Of a stretch of DNA of 41,196 bases, positions 16,187 to 25,659 are shown one piece after another. This DNA is from a virus (Duplodnaviria; Caudoviricetes). The stretch covers positions 1-41,196 of the IMG/VR virus record IMGVR_UViG_3300037423_002049; one strand, written 5' to 3'. Under the pieces are notes generated by a model, which was given only the letters and a program-made list of their open reading frames with translations, had not been told where the DNA came from and searched no databases. The position numbers were made by a program, and so were the translations under genes. Each line of letters starts with the position of its first letter. Within the stretch, counting starts at the first letter, position 1.

Positions 16187-16390
16187 GCGGACGGCGGATT
16201 GACGGCGGATTTGCGGATTGCGCCGTCAGGACCCTTGCAAAGCTCGCCGCGGATGTGCCCGAGCTGCCGTCAACGGCTGCCGAGGCGAGCCTGACGGCGC
16301 ATTGTGCGGCGCATGACGGCGCGATGACGGCGCTTTCCGTGTGAGCGGTTAGCGAGGGGAAACGGCGCATGACGGCGCAAACGGCGTATT
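16187..16390. repeat. Iteron-like ACGGCG cluster; candidate replication origin
   Basis: Direct ACGGCG at 16191, 16202, 16294, 16316, 16327, 16362, 16372, 16381 and inverted at 16221; immediately after the helicase; followed by a more AT-rich stretch. Confidence 0.65.
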
Positions 16391-16481
16391 TTCCTAGCTC
16401 GGTCCTATGTGGCGCGCTGGCGCGCCGCGCGGTCACCCGGCCTGTCTCTAGTCAATCTGCCTTCATTCTGAGGATCGCTAA

Positions 16482-16988
16482 ATGTTGAATCAAAAACAGC
16501 TTGGGGTTGAGTGGTCGGCTGAGGAGGTCGAGCGGCGCTTGGTCGAGGCCTTGCAGCTGTGGCAGCGCAGCCCCGGCACTGGCCGCTGGCCATTCGCAAG
16601 CGATGCGCCGTGGCATCTGATGACGAGGGCCGCGCGCGCCGAGGCTGGCCGCGTCAAAGGCATGGAGCTGTGGCGCGTGCTGCAGGAGGATGATGAGCGG
16701 GAAACGCAGCAGTGGCAGGGCCGCGACCGACCGCTGCCGCTCAGCCGCGCGCAGATTGCGCTGCGCGACCAGGCGAGCGAGTGGCTCGCGCTCGTGCCCG
16801 AGAGCGAGCGGCAGATTGTGGTGCTAGCAACATTCGACCTCGCACGCGGCCGCCGGGTCAGTTGGCTCGCAATGCGCGAGTGCGTCGGCGTGAAGCTCGG
16901 CGCCGATGGCCTGAGGCGCCGCTATGCCAAGGCGATCGCCGACCTAGCGGGCCTGCTCAATGCGCGCGGCGTGAAAGCCGCTGCCTGA
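16482..16988 (+). CDS. DUF6362-like putative late-gene regulator
   Basis: WSAEEVERRLVEA N-terminus, C-terminal HTH-like segment; Q-like position before the packaging genes. Confidence 0.65.
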   Translation: MLNQKQLGVEWSAEEVERRLVEALQLWQRSPGTGRWPFASDAPWHLMTRAARAEAGRVKGMELWRVLQEDDERETQQWQGRDRPLPLSRAQIALRDQASEWLALVPESERQIVVLATFDLARGRRVSWLAMRECVGVKLGADGLRRRYAKAIADLAGLLNARGVKAAA

Positions 16989-17128
16989 CGAATGGCGGAA
17001 ATCTCACAAGGAATGCTGTCAAGGTGCGGAATGCTCAGGCCAGTAAATTTTCGATTTCCGTTTCCGCAGTCTTTTCGCATAGCTTGAGCGTCATGGTCGG
17101 TGTGGTGCGCCCTTAGGCAAGCCAAGCG

Positions 17129-17470
17129 ATGGCGAAGCGCCCACCGACCCTCGGTTTCAATCCTCATCGTCGACAGGGCTATGAGCGGCAGCGCCGCGAG
17201 GCCAAGCCGTGGCGGTCCTGGTATAGCCTCGCCGCATGGCGCGAGCGGCGCGATGCGCAGCTCAGGAAGCAACCGCTATGCGAACGCCACCTTGCTCGAG
17301 GCGAGGTGGTCGAGGCATCGGTCGCCAACCACAAGGTGCCGCACCGCGGCAACTGGCGGCTGTTCATCGAGGGCGAGCTCGAGAGCACGTGCAAACCGTG
17401 CCATGATAGCGAGGTGCAGCGCGAGGAGCGCGCCGCTGCGCGCGCCGTGCTGCGGTCTCGTGAGGTCTAG
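17129..17470 (+). CDS. Terminase-associated HNH endonuclease
   Basis: PLCERH...VANHKVPHRG...CKPCHD; directly upstream of terS. Confidence 0.88.
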   Translation: MAKRPPTLGFNPHRRQGYERQRREAKPWRSWYSLAAWRERRDAQLRKQPLCERHLARGEVVEASVANHKVPHRGNWRLFIEGELESTCKPCHDSEVQREERAAARAVLRSREV

Positions 17471-17562
17471 GGGGGGGTGAAAAACTCCGCCGGGCCCTGG
17501 GGTGGACACCGCAGGGCAATGCGCAAAATTTCGGCGCGTTATTTCGCCCCAATTTTTTTTAG
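17469..17562. other. Candidate cos region
   Basis: G-run followed by A/T tracts between HNH and terS, the usual cos position in HK97-like phages; exact cut site not determinable. Confidence 0.4.
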
Positions 17563-17751
17563 GCGGGCAGGTTTTTCCGGTCGGCTTTCGCTAGCCGCTC
17601 GGCCAACCTGGCGCCCACAGCGGCGGCCGATCAGAGCGGCATGCCGCACCTCGCGCGCCGGTGTCACCACATGGGCGCGCCACCGGGTGAGGAGCCCGGC
17701 GGCCGCGGCGCACCCCGATGTGTCGCGGCCAAGATCACAGAGGAGCAACGC

Positions 17752-18393
17752 ATGGGAAGGCTGCCCGATGCGCCGGGCGTGCAGGAAGCGAAGGGCAACC
17801 CTGGCCGCCGCTTGTCTGCCGTTCGCCGGCGCGAGGTCGAGGCGCAGCGCGTTGCCGAGCTCCTCGCTCAGCCGCCTGCCGATGGCGACCAGCTGGCGCC
17901 GCCGGCGATCATTGCCGCTGGTCCGCTCGCATCAGCAGCGATTGCAGTGTGGCGCGACCTCGCACCCAAGCTCGCCGCGACCCATCGGCTGCAGCCGCAG
18001 CACCGCCCGGTGTTCGCGATGTTCTGCGTCTATTTCGCCGAGTGGGTGCTCGCCAACGAGGAGGTCGGAAAGCGCGGCCACACGCAAAAGGTGAGGACCG
18101 TGGCCGGCGGCTATATGGAGCGCATGCGCCCGGCGGTGGTGGTGCGCGATCGTGCCTTTCAGATGGTCACTCAATTGAGCACCAGGTTCGGCCTGACGCC
18201 TTCCGACGAATATGCGCTATTCAAGGATCAAGCCGTGGCCGCAGCGCAAAACCCCGGCCTGTTCGACCGCGGCGAAAAGCCGCAGGGTCGCCCCGCCGAG
18301 GAAGGCGAGGAACCGCCGCTGCCGCGGCCGCGTGCGGGCCTCATCGGCTCGATGCGCACGCTCGATTCGGAGCCGCCCGCCGGTAACTGCTAA
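17752..18393 (+). CDS. terS: Terminase small subunit (P27 family)
   Basis: KGNPGRR, W..LAPKL, FGLTPSD; GAGGAG SD before ATG 17752. Confidence 0.88.
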   Translation: MGRLPDAPGVQEAKGNPGRRLSAVRRREVEAQRVAELLAQPPADGDQLAPPAIIAAGPLASAAIAVWRDLAPKLAATHRLQPQHRPVFAMFCVYFAEWVLANEEVGKRGHTQKVRTVAGGYMERMRPAVVVRDRAFQMVTQLSTRFGLTPSDEYALFKDQAVAAAQNPGLFDRGEKPQGRPAEEGEEPPLPRPRAGLIGSMRTLDSEPPAGNC

Positions 18394-20141
18394 TGGCCTC
18401 GCGGCCGCAGTGGATTAACCCGCGCCCGGCATGGCTCGAGGCGATCGCTGAGGCGCCCGGTTATGCCTGGGCGCTCAAGGCATGGGACCGCGCGGCGGCA
18501 GTCGAGGGTGCATGGTTTGACGCGGCCAAGGCCGAGCTGGTGGTGGCCAATTGGCCGCGCTGGTTTCACCTGACTGATGACCGGTTCGCCGGGCTCCCGT
18601 TTCGGCTCAACAGCTGGCAGGAAATCATCGTCAGGCTGCTGGTCGGGTGGAAAGTCCCGGTCGAGATCCTCGACCCGGCGACCCACAAGCCGACCACCCA
18701 ATGGGTGCGGCTGTTCCGCCGGTTGCTGCTGTGGGTGCCGCGCAAGAACGGCAAGAGCGAGTTTCTCGCCGCGCTGGCGCTGCTGTTTTGGGCGATCGAT
18801 GGAATCGTTGGCGGCCAAGGCTATGTGTTCGCCCGCGACGAGGACCAGGCCGAGCTGCCGTTCAACAAAATGAAGGCGATGGTTGGCTATAACGCCGAGC
18901 TCGCCGCGAGCATTCAGCCGCACAAGAAATCGCTTTATTTGAAGGAATGCGCCGCTGCGTTTCAGCTGCTGACCGGCGCCGAGGAGGGCAAGCACGGCAA
19001 GGGCCCCAACGTCATTCTCGGCGACGAAATGCACGAATGGAAAAGCCGCAAAATCGAGAATGATTTGCGGCAGGGCACCGGCACCAGGCTCGAGCCGATT
19101 GAGCTCTATGCTTCGACCGCTGGCCTCAAAACCAACATCACCGGCGTCGAGCTGTGGGATGAAAGCCTTGCCATCCTTGAGGGGCGGGTCGAGGAGCCGA
19201 CCACCTTGGTGGTGCTGTTCGCGGCCGACCCTGAGGATGATTGGCGCGACGAGCAGGTGTGGGCCAAGGCCAACCCGTCGCTCGGGCTGTCGCCGACAGT
19301 GCAGTTTCTCAGGCGCGAGGCGCGCCTGGCCGAGGGCAACCCGCGGCGCGAAGCGACCTTTCGCTGCTACCACCTCAACCAATGGGTCGAGGCGCTGGCG
19401 CGGTGGCTGCCGCTGGCCAAGTGGGATGCCTGCGCCGCCGACAAAAAGGCGTGGCTCAATTGGGAAGGCCTTGCCGGGCGGCGCTGCTTTGGCGGGTTCG
19501 ACGTTTCTTCGACCCGCGATTTCACGGCGTTGGTGTGGCTGTTCGAGCCGCTGACTCCGGCTGACAAGTGGCTGCTCAGGTGCCGCTTTTGGGTGCCCGA
19601 GGATACGCTCGCCGAGCGCATCAAGGACGCCCGCAACAAGGTGCCGCTTGAGGCGTGGCGCGACCTTGGCGCGTTCGAGACCACGCCCGGCGACTATGTC
19701 GACCAGGCCTTTGTGCAGCGCGCGCTGCTCGACGGTTTCGAGCGTTTCGATGTCGAGGCTGTGGCCTTCGATCCGTGGAACGCGCGCAAGCTGGTCGGCG
19801 ACCTGCAGGAGGATGGGGTCGAGGTCGAGCGCCTGCTCGAGGTGAGGCAGGGCATCCTGTCGATGGGCGAGCCGAGCAAGCATTTCGAGCGGCTCGTTTT
19901 CGGCGGGCTGGTCGACCACGGGGGGCATCCGCTCCTCAGGTGGATGGCCGGCAACACCGTGCTGCGGTTCGATGAGAACCTGAATTTCATGCCGGCGAAA
20001 AAGAAATCGCCGGAGAAAATTGACGGCATTTCGGCGTCGGTGATGGCGGTAGGCGCGGCGTTCCGCGACCGCGAGGATGACAACGGGGGAGTCGGCGCTT
20101 GGCTCAACAGCTTGAAACAGCAGCAGCCGGCGGCCGCATGA
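18393..20141 (+). CDS. terL: Terminase large subunit
   Basis: VPRKNGKS, DEMHE, STAG, GFDVS, FDPWNA, KIDG. Confidence 0.96.
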   Translation: MASRPQWINPRPAWLEAIAEAPGYAWALKAWDRAAAVEGAWFDAAKAELVVANWPRWFHLTDDRFAGLPFRLNSWQEIIVRLLVGWKVPVEILDPATHKPTTQWVRLFRRLLLWVPRKNGKSEFLAALALLFWAIDGIVGGQGYVFARDEDQAELPFNKMKAMVGYNAELAASIQPHKKSLYLKECAAAFQLLTGAEEGKHGKGPNVILGDEMHEWKSRKIENDLRQGTGTRLEPIELYASTAGLKTNITGVELWDESLAILEGRVEEPTTLVVLFAADPEDDWRDEQVWAKANPSLGLSPTVQFLRREARLAEGNPRREATFRCYHLNQWVEALARWLPLAKWDACAADKKAWLNWEGLAGRRCFGGFDVSSTRDFTALVWLFEPLTPADKWLLRCRFWVPEDTLAERIKDARNKVPLEAWRDLGAFETTPGDYVDQAFVQRALLDGFERFDVEAVAFDPWNARKLVGDLQEDGVEVERLLEVRQGILSMGEPSKHFERLVFGGLVDHGGHPLLRWMAGNTVLRFDENLNFMPAKKKSPEKIDGISASVMAVGAAFRDREDDNGGVGAWLNSLKQQQPAAA

Positions 20142-21379
20142 CCTGGGCGAAATCGCTCTACACCACGGTGCGCGATTGGCTGGTGGTGGGCCCAGGGCCG
20201 ACCAAGATTCGCGATCCGCAGAATGCCGACCGCGGCAGCTCGACCTCGGGCGTGTGCGTCAACGAGCAGGCAGCGCTCGGCATCAGCACCTTTTTCGCCT
20301 GCTTGCGCCTGGTCGCGGCGACCATCGGCTCGCTGCCCTGTCCGGTGAGGAAGCGCGGCGCTGACGGCATCGCCACCGAGGCGCGCGCGAGCTCGCTGTG
20401 GCGGGTGCTCAACGAGAGCCCCAACGCCGACCAAACGCCGGTCGATTATTTTGAGTTTTTGGCGATTTCGCTGATGCTGCGCGGCAATCACTATGCCCGC
20501 AAGTTGAGGGATGGTGGGCGCCTTATCGGCCTCGAGCCGGTCAGGCCCGACATGGTGCAGGTCAACCGCCAGCCCAACGGCTCGCTGCGCTATCGCTGGA
20601 ATTATGCCGGCGAAAGCTATGACCTTGGCGAGGAGGATGTGTTCCACATCCGCGGCTTTGGCGGCGGGCCGATCAGCGGCATGTCAATCATGCAGCACGC
20701 TCGCGACAGCCTCGGCATCGCGATCGCCGCGGATCGGGCGGCGGGGTCGATGTTCGCCAACGGAATCTCGCCCTCGGGCGCGCTCAAGTTCGACAAGTGG
20801 CTAGACCCCGAGCAGCGTAAGACGGCGCGCGAGGAGCTGGTCGGCCAGTTCGTCGGCGCGCAGAATGCGGGGCGGCCGCTGGTGCTCGAGGGCGGCGTGG
20901 CTTGGGAGCAAATCAGCCTCAGCGCCGACGATGCGCAGCTGCTGCAGTCGCGGGCGCATTCGGTCGAGGAGGTGTGTCGCTGGTTTGGCGTGCCGCCGTT
21001 CATGGTCGGCCACAACAAGGACACCACCGGGTGGGGCACCGGCATGGAGCAGATGCTCCTCGGCTTCCTCAAATTCACCCTGACCCCGTATTTGCGGCGC
21101 ATCGAGTTCGCGATCGCCAAGCAGCTGCTGACGCCGGCGGAACGGGCGCAGGGGCTGTTCGCCGAGTTCAACCTCGAGGGGCTGCTGCGCGGCGACAGTC
21201 AGGGCCGCGCCCGCTTCTATGAAATCATGACTCGCATCGGCGTCATGTCGCGCAACGAATGCCGCCGCAAAGAGAATCTGCCGCCGGTCGAGGGCGGCGA
21301 TGAGATCCTGGTGCAGGCGCAATATGTGCCGCTGACCGAGGCCATCGCCGCTGCGCTCGCCGACAACAGCGCCAGCTGA
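20138..21379 (+). CDS. HK97-family portal protein
   Basis: LRGNHY, VFHIRGF, NAGRPLVLEGG, FGVPP, LLRGD, NECRRKENLPP. Confidence 0.96.
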   Translation: MTWAKSLYTTVRDWLVVGPGPTKIRDPQNADRGSSTSGVCVNEQAALGISTFFACLRLVAATIGSLPCPVRKRGADGIATEARASSLWRVLNESPNADQTPVDYFEFLAISLMLRGNHYARKLRDGGRLIGLEPVRPDMVQVNRQPNGSLRYRWNYAGESYDLGEEDVFHIRGFGGGPISGMSIMQHARDSLGIAIAADRAAGSMFANGISPSGALKFDKWLDPEQRKTAREELVGQFVGAQNAGRPLVLEGGVAWEQISLSADDAQLLQSRAHSVEEVCRWFGVPPFMVGHNKDTTGWGTGMEQMLLGFLKFTLTPYLRRIEFAIAKQLLTPAERAQGLFAEFNLEGLLRGDSQGRARFYEIMTRIGVMSRNECRRKENLPPVEGGDEILVQAQYVPLTEAIAAALADNSAS

Positions 21380-21394
21380 CCCAAGGAGACCATC

Positions 21395-22147
21395 ATGCGC
21401 GCATTGCTCGCCGGCATCGCCGGTTCCGTCATCGTGCCCGAGTTCGGCGCCAAGCGGCAGCTCAAGGTGCGCGATTTTCCGCTGACCGTGAAGGCGAGCG
21501 GAGTGAGCGACGATGGCACGTTCGAGGGCTACGGCTCGGTGTTCGGCGTGGTCGACAGCTACAACGAGGTGGTGGCGCCTGGCGCGTTCACCGAAAGCCT
21601 CGCTGAATTGAAGGCGAAAGACCGCACTGTGCCGGTGCTGTGGCAGCATCGGCAGGACCAGCCCATCGGAGTTTATGACGAAATCGTTGAGGATGAGACC
21701 GGCCTGTTCGTCAAAGGCCGCCTGCTCACCGACGATGTCGCCCAGGCGAAGGAAGCGCACGCGCTCTTGAAGGCCGGCGCCGTCACCGGCCTCAGCATCG
21801 GCTATTGGGTGCGCGAGTCGAGTTTCGACGAAAAAACCAACGTCCGCACGCTCCTCAAGCTCGACCTGGTCGAGGTCTCGCTGGTCACCTTTCCGGCCAA
21901 CGATGACGCCCGAGTCGAGGCGGTCAAATTCAAGCTGGCGCACGGCCAGCTGCCCAACATTCGCGAATTTGAAAAGCTCCTGCGGGAGGCAGGCTTTTCA
22001 AAAACCCAGGCCGCCGTTGTCGCGGGGCAAGGCCTGGCTGAGCTGCTCCGGCGTGAGGCTGAGGGCGACCCTGCGACAAAGGAGGGCGTTGCTGCTCTCG
22101 CCTCAGCGGTGGCGGATTTCTCGCTGCCGAGCCTCGAAAGGAAATGA
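21395..22147 (+). CDS. HK97-family prohead protease
   Basis: FEGYGSVF, LWQH, GLSIGY, EVSLVTFPAN. Confidence 0.95.
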   Translation: MRALLAGIAGSVIVPEFGAKRQLKVRDFPLTVKASGVSDDGTFEGYGSVFGVVDSYNEVVAPGAFTESLAELKAKDRTVPVLWQHRQDQPIGVYDEIVEDETGLFVKGRLLTDDVAQAKEAHALLKAGAVTGLSIGYWVRESSFDEKTNVRTLLKLDLVEVSLVTFPANDDARVEAVKFKLAHGQLPNIREFEKLLREAGFSKTQAAVVAGQGLAELLRREAEGDPATKEGVAALASAVADFSLPSLERK

Positions 22148-23475
22148 ACATGAAGCATTGCACCTCTCTGATGGCGGCCGCTTCGCTGGCGGCGCTCGGC
22201 CGCGCGGAGGCGCCCGACATTGCCGAATTTGGCCGCAAGGACGGAAACGGGCCCACTCCGGCGGATGCGGTCGAGCTCAAGCAGCTCGGTGAGCAACTGC
22301 AGAAATCACTCGGCGAGGTGAAAACCTTTGCCGAACAGGTCAACACCGAGCTCAAGAACCTCGGCAAGGTCACAGACGAGACCAAGCAGAGGGCCGACGA
22401 GGCGATGACCAAGCACACCGAAGTGTGCGACCGCATCGACGCTCTCGAGCAGAAGCTGCAGCGCCGCGGCAGCGAATCCGAACCGGTCAAGAGCATCGGC
22501 CAGCAGTTCGTCGAAAACGAGGAGGTCAAGGCCTTCCTCGCCGCCAACACCCGCGGCCGCGTCAGCATGCCGGTCAAGGCGATCATCAGCGCCCTGACCA
22601 CCAACGCTGACGGTTCCGCTGGCGACCTTATCGTGCCCGATCGCCGCCCTGGCATCATTGGCCCGGCGCTGCGCCAGCTGCACATGCGCGACCTCATCGA
22701 GCCGGGCCGCACCAATTCCAACGCCATTCAGTATGTCAAGGAAACGGGTTTCACCAACTCGGCTGCGACGGTGTCGGAAACCAGCGGTGCGACCAAGCCG
22801 GAGTCGGAAATCAAGTTCGACCTGATGACGGCCAACGTCACCACCATCGCCCACTTTGTGCTCGCGACCCGGCAGATTCTGTCTGATGTGCCGCAGCTGC
22901 AGAGCTACATCGACGGGCGGCTGCGCTACGGTCTCGCCTACGTCGAGGACAATCAGATCCTCAACGGCTCGGGTGCGGGCACCGACCTCAACGGCATCTA
23001 TACGCAGGCCACCGCGTTCACGCAGGCGGCAGTCGGCGTGCCGGTGATGTCGGGAGTCACCAAAATCGACATCCTGCGCCTGGCTATCCTGCAGGCGTTC
23101 CTCGCCGAGCTGCCGCCTGACGGGATGGTGCTCAATCCGGTGGATTGGGCGCTCATCGAGCTCGAGAAGGACACCACCGGGCGCCACATCATCGGCAACC
23201 CCAAGCAGGAGGGTGTGCCCTCGCTGTGGGGCAAGCCGATCGTCGAAACGCAGGCGATGACCGTGGACAAGTTCCTGGTCGGAGCGTTCCGCACCGGTGC
23301 GCAGCTGTTCGACCGCGAGGATGCCAATGTGATGGTCTCGACCGAGGACAGCGACAACTTCCGCAAAAACTTGGTCACCATTCTCGCCGAGCAGCGCGAA
23401 GCGCTGGCGGTCTATCGCACCGAGGCGTTCGTTAAGGGCGATTTCTCCGACGCGGAAGCCGACCTCGAGGCCTGA
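22144..23475 (+). CDS. HK97-fold major capsid protein with delta domain
   Basis: Coiled-coil N-terminus; ATKPES, LQSYIDGRL, LNPVDW, LWGKPIV, FRKNLVTILAE. Confidence 0.96.
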   Translation: MNMKHCTSLMAAASLAALGRAEAPDIAEFGRKDGNGPTPADAVELKQLGEQLQKSLGEVKTFAEQVNTELKNLGKVTDETKQRADEAMTKHTEVCDRIDALEQKLQRRGSESEPVKSIGQQFVENEEVKAFLAANTRGRVSMPVKAIISALTTNADGSAGDLIVPDRRPGIIGPALRQLHMRDLIEPGRTNSNAIQYVKETGFTNSAATVSETSGATKPESEIKFDLMTANVTTIAHFVLATRQILSDVPQLQSYIDGRLRYGLAYVEDNQILNGSGAGTDLNGIYTQATAFTQAAVGVPVMSGVTKIDILRLAILQAFLAELPPDGMVLNPVDWALIELEKDTTGRHIIGNPKQEGVPSLWGKPIVETQAMTVDKFLVGAFRTGAQLFDREDANVMVSTEDSDNFRKNLVTILAEQREALAVYRTEAFVKGDFSDAEADLEA

Positions 23476-23502
23476 TTTTTTCCCTTTGGTCAGGCGTCGA
23501 TT

Positions 23503-23534
23503 GGAGCGGCGGGCGCAACCCCGCCGCTCCTTTT
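23503..23534 (+). terminator. Intrinsic terminator after the capsid gene
   Basis: 11-bp stem GGAGCGGCGGG/CCCGCCGCTCC followed by TTTT. Confidence 0.7.
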
Positions 23535-23580
23535 CCGGCGGCCGCTCAGTCGACCGCCCGAAAAGGAAAAGGAGCGCCAA

Positions 23581-23847
23581 ATGAAAAAGGATTGCGTCGA
23601 GCTCGAGGTCATCGACCAGCTGCACCTCACCAGCGTCAAGGCCGACACGATGGGCATGGGCGAGCGGTTCGTCACCGATGCCGCCACGGCCAAATCGCTG
23701 GTTGAGCGCGGACTCGCCAAGCGCGTCAGCCGCGCGAAGGCAGCGCCCGCGCCGGGCAACAAGATGGCGCCGGTTTCGAGCAACAAGGTTGCGCCGCCGG
23801 CGAACGCCAAGCCGGCAGCCAAGGGCGGCAGCAAGCGCAAGGCCTGA
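23581..23847 (+). CDS. Small head-associated protein with Ala/Pro/Lys tail
   Basis: AAGGAG SD; NKMAP/NKVAP repeats; typical post-capsid position. Confidence 0.75.
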   Translation: MKKDCVELEVIDQLHLTSVKADTMGMGERFVTDAATAKSLVERGLAKRVSRAKAAPAPGNKMAPVSSNKVAPPANAKPAAKGGSKRKA

Positions 23848-23871
23848 GGCTCAAAAAGAGAATCGCCGCCA

Positions 23872-24204
23872 ATGACCGTGTCGATGAGCTGGCCGCAATA
23901 TTGCCGCCGGCAATGTTCGGTGGTGCGGACATTGGCGCCGCTGCAGGCCGAGCTGCTCGCCCTGCTGCTCCTGAGCCCGCCGGGGCAGTTCCTGGCGGTC
24001 GAGGAGATTGTCGAGGGGCTGTGGCCGGACGCCGACCACCAGCCCCTCACCGCATCGAGGCTGACGCAGCATGCAATTTTCGAGCTGCGTGAGCTCGGCG
24101 TGCCGATCGAGGGGCGCACGCGCAATGGCGGGTGGGCCTGCAAGAACCGGTGGCAGAGCCATTATGCCGGCTATCGCGTGCCGCTTGAGGCGCGAGCGCA
24201 TTGA
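23872..24204 (+). CDS. Stand-alone OmpR/PhoB-type winged-helix protein
   Basis: LAPLQAELLALLL...GQFLAVEEIVEGLWPD...HAIFELR...IEGRTRNGGW. Confidence 0.6.
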   Translation: MTVSMSWPQYCRRQCSVVRTLAPLQAELLALLLLSPPGQFLAVEEIVEGLWPDADHQPLTASRLTQHAIFELRELGVPIEGRTRNGGWACKNRWQSHYAGYRVPLEARAH

Positions 24205-24295
24205 ACGGCACTGACGGCGCATTGCCGTCCATGCATCACGGTAGAATCAAGAGGCGCCCGGCGGGTGCTCACCAAGCGAAACGAGGGGCGGTCAC

Positions 24296-25114
24296 ATGAT
24301 CGATTGGGCTGCCAAGGAACCCGCCGAGGTCGAGGAATACACCCACGATTTCGCTGCCGAGCTCGGTGTCGGCGAAACGCTGACCGGGCACACTGTCACG
24401 GTCAGCGGGGTCACCAAGGATTCCGACGCGTTGGTGGGCAGCGTGGTCAGTGTCACCTTGTCGGGCGGCCAGCTTGGCGCGCTCGCCCTTGTGGCCATCA
24501 CCGCCACCACCACCGCCGGGCGCACGCTTGAAGAAATCGCCGCGCTGTGGATCGGCGGCGGGCCCATCGGCCTCGCCCGCGCCAAGGCGCACCTCAGGGT
24601 CGATTGGGATGATGCCGAGAATGATGCGCTGATCGCCGCCCAACTGCGCGGTGCGATCGCTGCAATCGAAAAGCGCACCGGTCGCTCGCTCAGTCCGCAG
24701 GCGTTTACCGAATGGGCGCCGCGGTTCCCGGCGTGCCCCGAGGAAAGGCTGACTCTGGCCCGCGACCCGGTCGCGAGCATCACCAGCGTCACTTATGTCG
24801 ATGCCGAGGGCGCCGAGCAGACGCTCGACCCGGCGGATTACCGCAGCATCGAGGGTGAGCCTTGGTCAATCATCGCGCCGTTCGGCGGCAGCTTCCCTTC
24901 GACTGAGCCGCGACCCGACGCGGTGAGGGTCAGCTACGTCGCCGGCTATGACGAGGGCCAGTGCCCCGCCGACCTGCAGGCCGCGGTGCTGCTGATGCTC
25001 GCGCACCTCTATGCGAACCGCGAGGCGGTGGTGGTCGGCGCCAATGTGGTGACCGCCCTGCCGCTCGCGGTCGAAACCTTGTGCGACCCATTCCGCCGGA
25101 TCGGCCTGCACTAA
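24296..25114 (+). CDS. Head-tail connector (gp6-like) with fused N-terminal beta-rich domain
   Basis: LARAKAHLRVD...IEKRTGR...AVLLMLAHLYANRE; about 85 extra N-terminal residues. Confidence 0.88.
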   Translation: MIDWAAKEPAEVEEYTHDFAAELGVGETLTGHTVTVSGVTKDSDALVGSVVSVTLSGGQLGALALVAITATTTAGRTLEEIAALWIGGGPIGLARAKAHLRVDWDDAENDALIAAQLRGAIAAIEKRTGRSLSPQAFTEWAPRFPACPEERLTLARDPVASITSVTYVDAEGAEQTLDPADYRSIEGEPWSIIAPFGGSFPSTEPRPDAVRVSYVAGYDEGQCPADLQAAVLLMLAHLYANREAVVVGANVVTALPLAVETLCDPFRRIGLH

Positions 25115-25462
25115 ATGGGCAACCCCTTGCTCGCTGCCGGCAAGCTCAACCGGCAGGTGACCATCGTGCGGCCGAGCTTCACCACTAACGCACACAATGA
25201 GCCGGTCGAGGAGCCCAACCCGGCACGCACCACCACCTGGTGCTCGATGGCACCGGGGCCGGGCACTGAGCGGTTCCAGAATGCCGAGGTGGCGGCGAGC
25301 GCGCCCATGCGGTTCGTTTTTCGCTGGCGGCCTGACCTGGTGCGCTCGACCGACCGCATCGAGGGCGATGACGGGCGCACCTATGAGATTCTCGATTGGA
25401 AGGAAATTGGCCTGCGCGAAGGCATCGAGGTGCTCGGCGCGGCGCGCGAGGAAACAGCTTAG
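25115..25462 (+). CDS. Head closure / head-tail adaptor (SPP1 gp16-like)
   Basis: AGKLNRQVTI...ERF...FRWR...DRI...YEI. Confidence 0.85.
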   Translation: MGNPLLAAGKLNRQVTIVRPSFTTNAHNEPVEEPNPARTTTWCSMAPGPGTERFQNAEVAASAPMRFVFRWRPDLVRSTDRIEGDDGRTYEILDWKEIGLREGIEVLGAAREETA

Positions 25463-25476
25463 ATGAGGAGAGTGAC

Positions 25477-25659
25477 ATGCGAGTGAAGGTTCTGCGCGAC
25501 CATAACAACACCTACGGCCTCGGCGAAGGCGCGCCGGTCACCAAAACCAAAGGGACCGAATACAACCTGCCCGACGCGATGGCGGCAACGCTCATCGGCA
25601 TCGGCCTGGTCGAGGAGGTAAAGCCCGCGCCCGCCGCCAAGGGCGACAAGGCCAGCTAA
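25477..25659 (+). CDS. Small virion-associated hypothetical protein
   Basis: GAGGAG SD; MRVKVLRDH... Confidence 0.7.
   Translation: MRVKVLRDHNNTYGLGEGAPVTKTKGTEYNLPDAMAATLIGIGLVEEVKPAPAAKGDKAS

Noticed and set aside
16187-16390. Repeat cluster as a CRISPR or mini-array
   Set aside because: Repeats are only 6-9 nt with irregular spacing; no cas genes
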